Part shown: in pieces, positions 1-10,188 of the stretch
Layout of the letters: each line of letters starts with the position of its first letter
How positions within the stretch are numbered: the first letter of the stretch is position 1
DNA from: an uncultured Alphaproteobacteria bacterium
Lineage (GTDB): Bacteria; Pseudomonadota; Alphaproteobacteria; Rhizobiales; Xanthobacteraceae
Length of the DNA: 64,000 nucleotides
Direction of reading: 5' to 3'
Assembly: GCA_963790495.1 (NCBI GenBank)
Contig: CAWBOW010000017.1
Location: forward strand, 2,745-66,744
Made by a program: the position numbers and the translations under genes
The notes under the pieces: model-generated
The model's input: only the letters and a program-made list of their open reading frames with translations
The model's database searches: none
Told to the model about the DNA's origin: nothing

Positions 1-313
1 GTCGGGCGCCATTGGCGGGCTTGCCGGGGGGGTTGCCGCCGGCACGGCGGTCGCCTATGCGAGCCTTGGAACCGCACCCCTGGTCGCGGGCGTTTTGGCT
101 GTGATCCTTTCGATCTCGGCGCAAAGCGGTGACTTATTGGAGTTTGCGGTGAAACGGCGGTTCGGCGCCAAAGACGCAAGCCACCTCATTCCCGGCCACG
201 GTGGCGTCATGGATCGTCTCGACGGCTTTCTGGTCGCCGCATGCGTTGCGGTCTTGATTGGCTCGCTGCACCAGGGGATCGCTGCATCGGCGCAGGGCTT
301 ATTAGCATGGTAG
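1..313 (+). CDS. cdsA: Phosphatidate cytidylyltransferase, C-terminal fragment (gene starts upstream of window)
   Basis: Frame ending at TAG 311-313 encodes ...[27 protein letters not shown]..., the CdsA C-terminal signature. The cdsA-dxr-rseP-bamA order is conserved. Confidence 0.75.
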   Translation, partial: SGAIGGLAGGVAAGTAVAYASLGTAPLVAGVLAVILSISAQSGDLLEFAVKRRFGAKDASHLIPGHGGVMDRLDGFLVAACVAVLIGSLHQGIAASAQGLLAW

Positions 314-317
314 CGTC

Positions 318-1571
318 GTGGGTAGCCCGATGAAACACAAGCGGCCGACGGCGGCGGCAAAAGTCGCCCGCGCGCAGGCCGAGCCGTCGGCGCCGCGATC
401 GGTGACATTGCTTGGCGCCACCGGCTCGATCGGATCGAGCACGGCCGATTTATTGCGGCGCGATCCCGCCCGTTACCGCGTCGAAGCGGTGACGGCGCAT
501 CGCGATGCGTCGGGCCTGGCGCGGTTGGCGCGCGAGCTTAATGCGCGTTTTGCCGCGGTCGCCGATCCCGCGGCCTATGCCGAGCTCAAAGCTGAATTGT
601 CCGGTTCCGGTATCGAGGCGGCCGGCGGAGGGGCGGCCATGGTCGAGGCAGCGCTTCGGCCCGCAGACTGGGTGATGGCGGCGATCACCGGCGCCGCCAG
701 TCTGGCGCCGACTTTGGCCGCGGCTGAACGCGGCGCGACGGTTGCGTTAGCCAATAAGGAGTGTCTCGTCTGCGCCGGCGCATTGTTCATGCGCCGTGCC
801 GCCGCCACCGGCGCGACGGTCCTGCCGGTCGATTCCGAGCACAATGCGATCTTCCAGGCCATGAGCGCGGGTCGGCGCGAGGACATCCGCCGCATCGTGC
901 TCACCGCATCCGGCGGACCGTTTCGCACCTGGCCGCTCGACGCTATTCGCAAGGTCACGCTCGAACAGGCGCTGAAACATCCGACCTGGTCGATGGGGCC
1001 GAAAGTCACAATCGACTCGGCGACGCTGATGAATAAAGGCCTCGAGCTCATTGAGGCGCATCACCTGTTCGCACTCGGCCCGGATCAGCTCGATGTCGTG
1101 GTGCATCCTCAGTCCATCGTTCATGGCCTGGTCGAATTCCGCGACGGTTCCGTGATCGCCCAGCTCGGCTCCCCCGATATGCGTATTCCGATCGCTCATT
1201 GCCTGGCTTGGCCGGTGCGGATGGGTACGCCGGCGCAACGCCTGGATCTGGCGAAGGTGGCGACGCTGACCTTCGAGGCTCCCGACACGAGCCGCTTCCC
1301 GGCGCTGGCAGTGGCCCGCCAGGCTCTGGCGGCCGGCGGCGCCGCCCCGACGATCCTTAATGCGGCAAACGAGGTCGCGGTGCGCGAATTCGTCGACCGA
1401 CGGCTCGGTTTTTGCGGCATTGCCGCGCTTGTGGAGGCTACTTTGCAGGTTTGCGAACGCCGCGGCGAGATGGCGGAACCGCAATCGGTCGAAGAAGCCC
1501 TCGCCATTGACCATAATGCAAGAAGGACTGCCGCCGACCTGTTGCCCGAAATTGCCGCAATGGCATCCTAG
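318..1571 (+). CDS. dxr: 1-deoxy-D-xylulose 5-phosphate reductoisomerase
   Basis: 417-aa ORF with the NADPH-binding [11 protein letters not shown] motif plus LANKE, DSEH and NKGLE motifs. The start could instead be ATG 330. Confidence 0.93.
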   Translation: MGSPMKHKRPTAAAKVARAQAEPSAPRSVTLLGATGSIGSSTADLLRRDPARYRVEAVTAHRDASGLARLARELNARFAAVADPAAYAELKAELSGSGIEAAGGGAAMVEAALRPADWVMAAITGAASLAPTLAAAERGATVALANKECLVCAGALFMRRAAATGATVLPVDSEHNAIFQAMSAGRREDIRRIVLTASGGPFRTWPLDAIRKVTLEQALKHPTWSMGPKVTIDSATLMNKGLELIEAHHLFALGPDQLDVVVHPQSIVHGLVEFRDGSVIAQLGSPDMRIPIAHCLAWPVRMGTPAQRLDLAKVATLTFEAPDTSRFPALAVARQALAAGGAAPTILNAANEVAVREFVDRRLGFCGIAALVEATLQVCERRGEMAEPQSVEEALAIDHNARRTAADLLPEIAAMAS

Positions 1572-1620
1572 GGTTAAGGATTGGGTGCGGGGTCTTTTCA
1601 GGGGGCGTCAGGCGAGCGTC

Positions 1621-2772
1621 ATGGGGTCGTATTTACTGTCGCATTTGCATGCGTTGGGGGGAGGCGTGCTCGGTTACCTCGTCCCTTTTCTTTTCGTCCT
1701 GAGCCTCGTCGTATTTTTCCACGAATTCGGGCATTTCCTGGTGGCTCGCCTATGCGGCGTGCGGATCCTGGTGTTTTCCATCGGGTTTGGCCCGGAAATC
1801 GTCGGCTTTAACGATCGCCATGGAACGCGCTGGAAGGTAGCCGCCATTCCACTCGGCGGTTATGTGAGGTTCTTCGGCGACGAGAACGCCAGCAGTGTCC
1901 CCGACACGTCCCGTCTGGAGGCCATGAACGCCGCCGAGCGGGCGGAAAGCTTCTTCTTCCAGCCAGTGCTCAAACGGGCGGCCATTGTCGTTGCCGGGCC
2001 GATGGCCAATTTCCTCTTGGCCATCGCCATTTTTGCGACGATTTTCATGCTCTACGGCCGGCCGACCATGAGCGCCCGGGTCGACTCGGTTCAGCCTGGC
2101 AGCCCGGCGGCAGCGGCCGGTTTCCAGCCCGGCGATCTCGTCTTGTCTATTGACGGCAAGGCCATCGACAACTTCGAGGACATGCAGCGCATCGTCAGCG
2201 ATTCCGCCGGCGACACCCTCCAGATCAAGATCGACCGCAAGGGTACGCCGATCGAACTCACCGCCACGCCACAGCTCAAAGAGGTCAAAGACAATTTCGG
2301 CAATAGCCGTCGCATCGGCATTCTCGGCATCACCCGTTCGATGGGAGCCACCGACCTCAAGCCAAAACCGATGCCTCCGCCACAGGCGCTTTTGATGGGG
2401 GTCGAGGAAACCTGGTTCGTGATTGATCGCACGCTCAATTACCTCGGCGGCGTAGCGGTGGGCCGTGAGGCTGCCGATCAGCTCGGCGGCCCGATCCGGA
2501 TTGCGCAAATCTCCGGTGAGGTCGCCTCCATCGGCTTTGTCGCATTAGTCCATCTTGCTGCCGTACTTTCGGTCTCCATCGGCCTTCTGAACTTGTTTCC
2601 GATTCCCCTACTCGATGGCGGTCACCTTTTGTTCTATTCGATCGAGGCCATGCGCGGCCGCCCGCTGTCGGAGCGGGCGCAGGAAGTGGGGTTTCGGATT
2701 GGTCTCGCGATCGTTGTAATGTTGATGATATTTGCAACATTCAATGACATCGTTCACTTGCGGACCTCCTGA
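1621..2772 (+). CDS. rseP: RIP zinc metalloprotease RseP (site-2 protease)
   Basis: HEFGHFLVAR (HExxH) motif, a PDZ-like middle region and C-terminal NLFPIPLLDGGH. The internal ATG at 1621 fits the usual N-terminus (MGSYLLSHL...). Confidence 0.9.
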   Translation: MGSYLLSHLHALGGGVLGYLVPFLFVLSLVVFFHEFGHFLVARLCGVRILVFSIGFGPEIVGFNDRHGTRWKVAAIPLGGYVRFFGDENASSVPDTSRLEAMNAAERAESFFFQPVLKRAAIVVAGPMANFLLAIAIFATIFMLYGRPTMSARVDSVQPGSPAAAAGFQPGDLVLSIDGKAIDNFEDMQRIVSDSAGDTLQIKIDRKGTPIELTATPQLKEVKDNFGNSRRIGILGITRSMGATDLKPKPMPPPQALLMGVEETWFVIDRTLNYLGGVAVGREAADQLGGPIRIAQISGEVASIGFVALVHLAAVLSVSIGLLNLFPIPLLDGGHLLFYSIEAMRGRPLSERAQEVGFRIGLAIVVMLMIFATFNDIVHLRTS

Positions 2773-2930
2773 GAGGGGGTCTGTGAAATGGCCCAGGGGC
2801 GTGGCTTTGGCACTACGGGGATGATAAAAGTGACAGACATATCCAGACAAATTCCAGACTAACCGGCAAGAACTGAGGGAGATTTGAAGTAGCCCGCCAC
2901 TGGGGGCGGCCACTAGGGGTAAAGGGCGCT

Positions 2931-5483
2931 TTGCGCATGGGCATGTGTGTGCGGGTAAAACGGGGGCTGGTCGTGGCCGGCTTGCTCCTCGGGTTGGTTG
3001 TTTGCGGGCTTTGGCCCGGTGTTGCCGTTGCAGCACCGGCCGATACTGGCGTTAGCGCGAGTTCCATCGTCGTCCAGGGCAACCGCCGCATCGATGCCGA
3101 TACGGTGCGCTCCTATTTCAAGGCGGCGCCAGGCGAACATCTCGATGCCGCGAAGATCGATGCCGCCCTCAAGGCCCTCTATGCCACCGGCCTGTTCCAA
3201 GACGTCCACATCTCGCAATCCGGCGGCAAGCTGATCGTGACGGTGGTCGAGGCGCCCGTGATCAACAAGGTCACGTTCGAAGGCAACCGCCGCATGAAGG
3301 ACGAGCAGTTGCAGTCCGAAATCCAGTCGAAGGAGCGGGGCGCGTTGTCGCGCGCGAAAGTGCAGTCGGATACCGAACGCATCATCGAGATCTATCAGCG
3401 CAACGGCCGCTTCGACGTCAAGGTGGTGCCCGAAATCATCGAGCGGCCGAACGACCGGGTCGACTTGGTCTTCCAAATCACCGAAGGCGAAAAGACCGGC
3501 ATCAAACATATCGTTTTTGTCGGCAATCGCGCCTACCACGACTGGCGGCTCAAGCAGGTGATCAAAACCGCCGAGTCGAACTGGTTGAGCTTCCTGCAGA
3601 CGACCGACGTCTATGATCCCGACCGCATCGAAGCCGACCGCGATCTGATTCGCCGCTTTTATCTCAAGCACGGCTATGCCGACGTGCAGGTTGTCTCGGC
3701 GACCGGCGAATACGATCCGGCGCAGAAGGGCTTTATCGTGACTTTCACGATCGAAGAAGGCCCGCGCTATCATTTCGGCAAGATCGATATTCAATCCAAC
3801 GTCCGCGCCATCGCCGCCCAGTCATTGCAAAGCGATCTGCAAATGGCGGCCGGCCAGATCTACAACGGCGAGGCGATCGAGAAGACCGTGGAGAATATGG
3901 TCATCTCGCTCGCCCGTCGCGGCTATCCGTTCGCTACCGTTCGGCCGCGCGGCGACCGCAATCCGACGACCCGCACGATCGGCGTGACCTTCGTGGTCGA
4001 TGAAGGCCAACGCGCCTATGTCGAGCGCATCAACATTCGCGGCAACTACCGCACGCGCGATTATGTGATCCGGCGCGAATTGGACATCAACGAGGGCGAT
4101 CCGTACAACCGGGCGCTCGTCGATCGCGGCGAACGGCGCATCAAGAATTTGAATTTCTTCAAGTCCGTCAAAATCACCGACGAGCCCGGATCGGCGCCCG
4201 ACCGGGTGGTGCTCAATGTCGACGTGGTGGAGCAGCCGACCGGCGACTTCTCGGTGATGGGCGGTTATTCGACTGCCGACGGATGGATGGTGCAGGTGTC
4301 GGTCCAGGAGCGCAATTTGCTCGGCACCGGGCGTTTTGCGAAAGCCGCCGCGACCTACGGCCAATATATCCGCAGCGTCGAACTCGGATATGCGGAGCCC
4401 TATTTTCTCAATACCCGCTCCAGCATGGGTATCGACCTGTTCGCCAAGGAGACGCTTGCCAGTACTTATCTGTCGTATGGAACGGAATCGCTCGGCGGCA
4501 CGCTGAAATGGGGCATCCCGCTCCGTGAAGACCTGGCGTTCCAGTTACGCTATTCGGCCTACACGCAGAAGATCACGCTGCCGTCCTATTTGGACGACTG
4601 CAACAATATCAATCCGGATAACTCCACCACATTTCCGACGCTGGTAGCGCAGGCGGCTCCCGGCGCCCCGGCGTCTTTCGCCACGGACACGAGCTGCTTA
4701 GCTTACGGCCAGGCTTCGTTGCCGGTGCGCGTCGAGCTCGCCGACGGGACTTATCTGACGTCCATGTTCGGCTATGGACTGACCTACAATACGCTCGACA
4801 ACAATAAAAATCCGACCAATGGCCTCTATGTCAGCTTCGGCCAGGATTTCGCCGGCGCCGGCGGCGACAGCGCGTACATGCGCTCGACTTTCGACACGCG
4901 CGCCTATTACGAGGTCGTCACCGATCTCGTCAGCATAGTGCATCTGCAAGCCGGCGATATGATCGGCTTGAACAAATGCCCCACCGGCGAGTGCGACTCG
5001 AGCAACGGCTATGTGCGCATGCTCGATGACTTCAAGATGGGTCCCAATCTCGTGCGTGGTTTCCAGCCGGCCGGCATTGGACCGCGCGACGTCACGTACG
5101 GAACCAGCAACGATGCCTTGGGCGGCACGATGTATTGGGGCGCCAGCCTCGAGTTCCAGTATCCGTTCTATTTCCTGCCCAAGGATACCGGTTTCCGCGG
5201 TGCTGTCTTTATCGATAGCGGTTCGGTGTGGGGCTACAAGGGTGAAACGTCCAGTCCGGCGACCGGCGAGGTGAACGGGAATCCCATCCCATCTATGCCG
5301 GCCTTCATTTGCCAATGCGGGATGCAATATGCCGACGACGCCTCTGTGCGCATGTCGGCGGGCGCGAGCATCATCTGGGATTCGCCGTTCGGTCCGTTGC
5401 GCTTCGACCTTGCCTATCCGTTCCTGAAGAAATACTATGATCGTACGCAAGTCTTCGCGTTCGGCGGCGGAGCGCAATTCTGA
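2931..5483 (+). CDS. bamA: Outer membrane protein assembly factor BamA
   Basis: 850-aa ORF with a signal peptide, POTRA-like repeats (IVVQGNRRI, VTFEGNRRM, IVFVGNRAY, INIRGNYRTRD) and a C-terminal beta-barrel ending ...FAFGGGAQF. Confidence 0.93.
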   Translation: MRMGMCVRVKRGLVVAGLLLGLVVCGLWPGVAVAAPADTGVSASSIVVQGNRRIDADTVRSYFKAAPGEHLDAAKIDAALKALYATGLFQDVHISQSGGKLIVTVVEAPVINKVTFEGNRRMKDEQLQSEIQSKERGALSRAKVQSDTERIIEIYQRNGRFDVKVVPEIIERPNDRVDLVFQITEGEKTGIKHIVFVGNRAYHDWRLKQVIKTAESNWLSFLQTTDVYDPDRIEADRDLIRRFYLKHGYADVQVVSATGEYDPAQKGFIVTFTIEEGPRYHFGKIDIQSNVRAIAAQSLQSDLQMAAGQIYNGEAIEKTVENMVISLARRGYPFATVRPRGDRNPTTRTIGVTFVVDEGQRAYVERINIRGNYRTRDYVIRRELDINEGDPYNRALVDRGERRIKNLNFFKSVKITDEPGSAPDRVVLNVDVVEQPTGDFSVMGGYSTADGWMVQVSVQERNLLGTGRFAKAAATYGQYIRSVELGYAEPYFLNTRSSMGIDLFAKETLASTYLSYGTESLGGTLKWGIPLREDLAFQLRYSAYTQKITLPSYLDDCNNINPDNSTTFPTLVAQAAPGAPASFATDTSCLAYGQASLPVRVELADGTYLTSMFGYGLTYNTLDNNKNPTNGLYVSFGQDFAGAGGDSAYMRSTFDTRAYYEVVTDLVSIVHLQAGDMIGLNKCPTGECDSSNGYVRMLDDFKMGPNLVRGFQPAGIGPRDVTYGTSNDALGGTMYWGASLEFQYPFYFLPKDTGFRGAVFIDSGSVWGYKGETSSPATGEVNGNPIPSMPAFICQCGMQYADDASVRMSAGASIIWDSPFGPLRFDLAYPFLKKYYDRTQVFAFGGGAQF

Positions 5484-5507
5484 TCGCGGCGTAACCGCAC
5501 GTAACGA

Positions 5508-5607
5508 GAGCACGATCCGGAAAAATGGATTCCGGTTTTCCGAAAAGATCGTGCTCCAATCGAAAATCCTGGACCATGATCCGATCCACCTTCGTCTGAT
5601 CATGGTC
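5508..5607. repeat. REP-like intergenic element made of two adjacent palindromes
   Basis: Arms gagcacgatc (5508-5517) and gatcgtgctc (5547-5556), then gaccatgatc (5572-5581) and gatcatggtc (5598-5607). The spurious translation 'LEHDLFGKPESIFPDRAL' is typical of Rhizobiales intergenic repeats. Confidence 0.5.
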
Positions 5608-5693
5608 TAGCGTCGCTTTGATTTCGAATTTCGCATGAGCGCGCACCAAATACACTTGCGAACTTCGCGATCGGGACGCTAGGCGCGAGAGTT

Positions 5694-6758
5694 ATGCCCG
5701 ACTTTGTCAAACCAGGCTGCGAGTTGACGACCGGCGAAATCGCCGGCTTGACGCGCGCCCAGTTGCGTGACGGCGACCCGAAAGACCGCCGAATCCGCAA
5801 CGTCGCCCCGCTCGATAGCGCCACCGCGACCGACATCGGTTTTCTCGACAGCCCCAAATATTTGACCGAACTCGCCGGCACCCGCGCCGGCGCGTGTCTC
5901 GTCCCACCCCGCTTTGCTCATGCGGTGCCAAGCGGCGTTGTCGTTCTTGAAACGCCGCATCCTTATCCGTCCTTTGTCGCGGTGACGCGTGCATTGTTCG
6001 CCGGCATGTTGCGGCCGACGTCGCTGTACGGCGTGAGCGGGCAGGCCAGCGCGGCGCACGTGCACGATAGCGCCCGGCTCGAAGCCAATGTCACCATCGA
6101 TCCGCTGGCGGTCATCGGGCCGCGCGCGCAAATCGGCGCTGGAACGATCATCGCCGCCGGCGCCGTCATCGGTCCCGACGTCTGCCTCGGGCGCGATTGC
6201 GCGATCGGCGCGGGCTCGACCATCGTCCACGCCCTGATCGGCGATCGCGTCATTATCCATCCCGGTGCGCGGATCGGACAGGACGGCTTCGGTTATCTGC
6301 CATCGGCACGCGGTCATCAAAAAATTCCGCAAGTCCGCCGCGTCGTCATTCAAGACGACGTCGAGATCGGCGCCAATACCACGATCGACCGGGGCGGCAC
6401 GCGCGATACGACGATCGGCGAGGGCACCAAGATCGACAATCTCGTGCAAATCGGACACAACTGCTCGATCGGAAGGGGATGTTTGATCGTGTCGCAAGTC
6501 GGCATATCGGGCAGCGTGACGATTGGAGATTTTGCGGTGTTGGCCGGCCAAGCAGGCGTTGCGGATCATATCAGCATCGGCGCCGGCGCCGTATTGGGCG
6601 GAAAAGCCGGTGTGATGACCGACGTTCCGCCCGGCGCGCGCTGGGGCGGGTTCCCGGCCGAGCCGGGTCTCGATTGGAAGCGCGGCGTCGCCTTGCTGCG
6701 CCGCCTGGTGCGCAACTCCCGCCAATCCGAAAAAATATCCGGGGGAGAAGCCGAATGA
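5694..6758 (+). CDS. lpxD: UDP-3-O-acylglucosamine N-acyltransferase
   Basis: 354-aa ORF with left-handed beta-helix hexapeptide repeats, positioned between bamA and fabZ. Confidence 0.93.
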   Translation: MPDFVKPGCELTTGEIAGLTRAQLRDGDPKDRRIRNVAPLDSATATDIGFLDSPKYLTELAGTRAGACLVPPRFAHAVPSGVVVLETPHPYPSFVAVTRALFAGMLRPTSLYGVSGQASAAHVHDSARLEANVTIDPLAVIGPRAQIGAGTIIAAGAVIGPDVCLGRDCAIGAGSTIVHALIGDRVIIHPGARIGQDGFGYLPSARGHQKIPQVRRVVIQDDVEIGANTTIDRGGTRDTTIGEGTKIDNLVQIGHNCSIGRGCLIVSQVGISGSVTIGDFAVLAGQAGVADHISIGAGAVLGGKAGVMTDVPPGARWGGFPAEPGLDWKRGVALLRRLVRNSRQSEKISGGEAE

Positions 6759-7212
6759 GCGCGACGACCGCGGAAGCCGCCGATATCCGCGAGATTTTGC
6801 GGCTGTTGCCGCACCGCTATCCGTTCCTGATGATCGACCGCATCGTCGACATACAGGGCGAGGAGCACGGTATCGGCATCAAGAATGTGTCGATCAACGA
6901 GCCGCAATTCCTCGGTCACTTTCCCGACAATCCGGTCATGCCCGGCGTGCTGCTGATCGAGGGCATGGCGCAGACCGCGGGCGTGTTGTGCCTGCGCCGC
7001 ATGGAGGTGCAGACGCAGCAGCGTTCCAAGCTTTTTTTCTCACCATCGACAAAGCGAAGTTTCGCAAGCCCGCCGTGCCGGGCGATACCGTCGAATATCA
7101 CGTCAACAAGATCGCGCACCGCCGCAACATGTGGTGGTATCGTGCCCAGGCGAAGGTCGGTGACGCGCTGATCGCCGAAGCCGAAGTCGGCGCGGTCATC
7201 GCCGAGGGTTAA
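6755..7212 (+). pseudogene. fabZ: 3-hydroxyacyl-ACP dehydratase FabZ, frameshifted as sequenced (likely a 1-nt homopolymer error)
   Basis: N-terminal frame gives ...[13 protein letters not shown]...[22 protein letters not shown].... The C-terminal frame resumes ...[22 protein letters not shown]... after the T7 run at 7032-7038. A T8 run would restore one continuous FabZ. The ATGA start overlaps the lpxD stop. Confidence 0.85.
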
Positions 7213-8034
7213 ATGGCTATCGATCCGACCGCTCGCGTCGCCGATGGCGCGCGCCTTGACGGCTCCGTGGACATCGGTCCGTACTGCATCGTCGGCCCGC
7301 AGGTCGAATTACACCCCGGCGTGCGCCTGCTCGCGCATGTTCATCTGACGGGCGCAACGACCATCGGCGAGGGCACGATGGTCTATCCGTTCTCTTCGCT
7401 CGGCACGCCGCCGCAATCCGTCCATTATCGCGGCGGCGCCACCCGCCTCGTTATCGGTGCGCGCTGCGATTTGCGTGAGGGTGTGACGATGAATACCGGA
7501 ACCGAAGCCGGCGGCGGCATCACGCGCGTCGGCGACCGCTGCATGTTCATGGTGGGTGCGCATGTCGGCCACGACTGCGATGTCGGCAACGATGTCACGC
7601 TTGCCAACAACGCAGTGCTCGGCGGCCATGTCAGCGTCGGCGACAACACGTTTCTCGGCGGCCATGTGGCGATTCATCAATTTGTGCGGATCGGCGAAGG
7701 CGTGATGATGGCGGGCATGTCGGCGGCGCGCGACGACATCATTCCGTTCGGCTTTGCGCTCGGCCAGACCGGCGCGTTGGTCGGACTTAATATCGTCGGC
7801 CTGCGCCGGCGCGGCGCCAGCAAGGACGAGATGCACCGCCTGCGCCGCGCCTATCGTTCGCTGTTTTTCGTCGAAGGCCGCCTGCCAGACCGTGTTGAGG
7901 CCGTCGAACGCGAATTCGCCGACGACCCGTTGATCGGTAAAATCGTTGCGTTCATTCGCGCCAGCCGCAAGCGCCCGCTGATGCGTCCGCGCGTCCGCGG
8001 CGGCGCCGACGCACCCATCGGCGATGTCGCCTGA
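7213..8034 (+). CDS. lpxA: Acyl-ACP--UDP-N-acetylglucosamine O-acyltransferase
   Basis: 273-aa hexapeptide-repeat protein in the conserved lpxD-fabZ-lpxA order. Confidence 0.93.
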   Translation: MAIDPTARVADGARLDGSVDIGPYCIVGPQVELHPGVRLLAHVHLTGATTIGEGTMVYPFSSLGTPPQSVHYRGGATRLVIGARCDLREGVTMNTGTEAGGGITRVGDRCMFMVGAHVGHDCDVGNDVTLANNAVLGGHVSVGDNTFLGGHVAIHQFVRIGEGVMMAGMSAARDDIIPFGFALGQTGALVGLNIVGLRRRGASKDEMHRLRRAYRSLFFVEGRLPDRVEAVEREFADDPLIGKIVAFIRASRKRPLMRPRVRGGADAPIGDVA

Positions 8035-8911
8035 GGCAACCACTGCACATTTTGCGGAGCCCGGCGTGGCTCCGCTGGCGATCATATGCGGCGGCGGGAG
8101 CCTGCCGGCCGCAGTCGCCGCCGCCGTGGCCAAGCGCGGCCGGCGGCCGGTCATGTTCGGCATCAAAGGCTGGGCGGACGCCGCCGTCATCGAAAGCTAT
8201 GCCTATCATTGGATCTCCATCGGCCAGGCCGGCCGCTTCTTCCGCCTGGCGCGCGCCGAGCTGTGCCGCGACGTCCTGTTCGTCGGCACGGTGTTGCGTC
8301 CGCCGATCACGCAACTGCGGCTGGACTGGCAGACGATCAGAGCCATGCCGGGCCTCATCCGCGCCTATCGTGGCGGCGATGACAATCTTATATCCGGCGT
8401 GGCGCGCATCGCCGAAAGCGGCGGCTTCACAGTCGTCGGCGTCAAGGATGTTGCTCCCGAAGTTCTGGTGCCGGACGGCGTTCTCGGCCGCCATCAGCCG
8501 TCGCAGCGCGACCGGACCGAGATCGCCCGCGCGCTCGAGGTAATCGCCACGCTCGGGCCGTTCGACGTCGGGCAGGCGGCCGTCGTCGCCAACAACCATG
8601 TGCTTGCGGTCGAGGCGGCGGAAGGCACCGACAATCTTCTCATGCGGATCGCCGAGTTGCGCCGCGTCGGCCGCGTCACCTCGGCGCCCGGCGTTGGCGT
8701 TCTGGTAAAGGCGCCCAAGCCCGGTCAGGACCGCCGCTTCGATCTGCCGTCGATTGGACCGCGAACCGTGGAAAATGTCGCGCGCGCCGGCCTTGCTGGT
8801 CTTGCCGTGACGGCCGGCTCGACCATGATTGCCGAAGCCGATGAGGTGGTGGCGGCTGCCGATCGCGAGAACATATTTCTCGTCGGCATCCGCGAGGATG
8901 GCGCCCCATGA
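8024..8911 (+). CDS. lpxI: UDP-2,3-diacylglucosamine pyrophosphatase LpxI (DUF1009)
   Basis: 295-aa ORF between lpxA and lpxB, the canonical alphaproteobacterial LpxI position. It has a DUF1009-like sequence (...DVGQAAVV...EAAEGTD...). Confidence 0.8.
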   Translation: MSPEATTAHFAEPGVAPLAIICGGGSLPAAVAAAVAKRGRRPVMFGIKGWADAAVIESYAYHWISIGQAGRFFRLARAELCRDVLFVGTVLRPPITQLRLDWQTIRAMPGLIRAYRGGDDNLISGVARIAESGGFTVVGVKDVAPEVLVPDGVLGRHQPSQRDRTEIARALEVIATLGPFDVGQAAVVANNHVLAVEAAEGTDNLLMRIAELRRVGRVTSAPGVGVLVKAPKPGQDRRFDLPSIGPRTVENVARAGLAGLAVTAGSTMIAEADEVVAAADRENIFLVGIREDGAP

Positions 8912-10128
8912 CGCCGGCCGCTTCACCGCCGCTGTCGATTTTCATCGTTGCGGCGGAAGAGTCCGGCGACGCGCTTGGCGCCGCTTTGGCGCGGGCGTTG
9001 CGCAAGGCGCTGCCGGACGGGGTGCAGCTTTCCGGGGTCGGCGGCCATGCGATGGCGGCGGCCGGTATCGCCAGCCCTTTCCCGATCGACGACTTGGCCA
9101 TTATCGGCCTGACCGCGATCCCACGGCGCCTGCCTAATATTTTCAGGCGTATCCGCCAAACCGTTCAGGCGGTCGTGGCCGCGCAGCCCGATGCATTGGT
9201 GATCGTCGATAGTCCCGATTTCACCCATCGTGTCGCGCGCCAAGTCCGCCGCTTGGCGCCATCGATCCCGATCGTTGACTATGTTTCGCCGTCGGTCTGG
9301 GCTTGGCGGCCGGGGCGCGCCCGCGCGATGCGCGCCTATGTCGATCAGGTGCTGGCGATCCTGCCGTTCGAACCGGCAGTCCATCTCAAGCTCGGCGGTC
9401 CGCCTTGCAGCTATGTCGGCCATCCGCTGATCGAGCGGATTGGCGAATTGCGGCCCAGCGCCGAGGAGGCCCGGCGGCGATCCGCCGATCCGCCGCTCAT
9501 TCTGGCTCTGCCGGGCAGCCGGCGGAATGAAATTCGCCGGCTTGCCGGCATTTTCGGCGGAGCGATCGAACGGCTTCGCGGCCGCATCGGCGCGATGGAG
9601 CTGGTGATTCCCACGGTGCCGCATGTTGTTTCCCAACTGCGGGATGCGGTTGCCGGCTGGAGCGTGCCGCCGCGGATCGTGACCGAGCCGGCCGATAAGT
9701 GGGCCGCATTCCGCAATGCGCGCGCGGCGCTGGCGGCGTCCGGCACGGTGACGCTGGAATTGGCGCTTGCCGGCGTGCCGATGGTGGCGGCTTATCGGCT
9801 GCATTTCATCGAGGCGGTCATCGCCCGGTTGATCCGGCTGCAATCGCGGCTGCCGAGCGTGATCCTGGCCAATCTTGTGCTCGGCGAGAACGTGGTGCCG
9901 GAATTGCTGCAGGAAGATTGCACCCCGGAGAAGCTTGCCGCAGCCATGACATCCCTGATCGGCGACACGCCCGAGCGGCGGGGGCAGACCGAAGCCTTCG
10001 GACGGCTCGACCGCATCATGGGGCTGGACGCCGCCACGCCCAGCGTCACGGCCGCGGCGATCGTGATCGAGGTCGCCCGGCGCGGCCGCATGCCGGCGGC
10101 CCTACCATTGCTTCCAGCATCCTGCTAA
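8908..10128 (+). CDS. lpxB: Lipid-A-disaccharide synthase
   Basis: 406-aa ORF with N-terminal AAEESGD and LPGSR motifs. The start overlaps the lpxI stop. Confidence 0.92.
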   Translation: MTPAASPPLSIFIVAAEESGDALGAALARALRKALPDGVQLSGVGGHAMAAAGIASPFPIDDLAIIGLTAIPRRLPNIFRRIRQTVQAVVAAQPDALVIVDSPDFTHRVARQVRRLAPSIPIVDYVSPSVWAWRPGRARAMRAYVDQVLAILPFEPAVHLKLGGPPCSYVGHPLIERIGELRPSAEEARRRSADPPLILALPGSRRNEIRRLAGIFGGAIERLRGRIGAMELVIPTVPHVVSQLRDAVAGWSVPPRIVTEPADKWAAFRNARAALAASGTVTLELALAGVPMVAAYRLHFIEAVIARLIRLQSRLPSVILANLVLGENVVPELLQEDCTPEKLAAAMTSLIGDTPERRGQTEAFGRLDRIMGLDAATPSVTAAAIVIEVARRGRMPAALPLLPASC

Positions 10129-10188
10129 GCCGGATTTATCCAGCCGATCATATCCATAAGTTCCGCCGATCATACGCATCAGTCGAAG

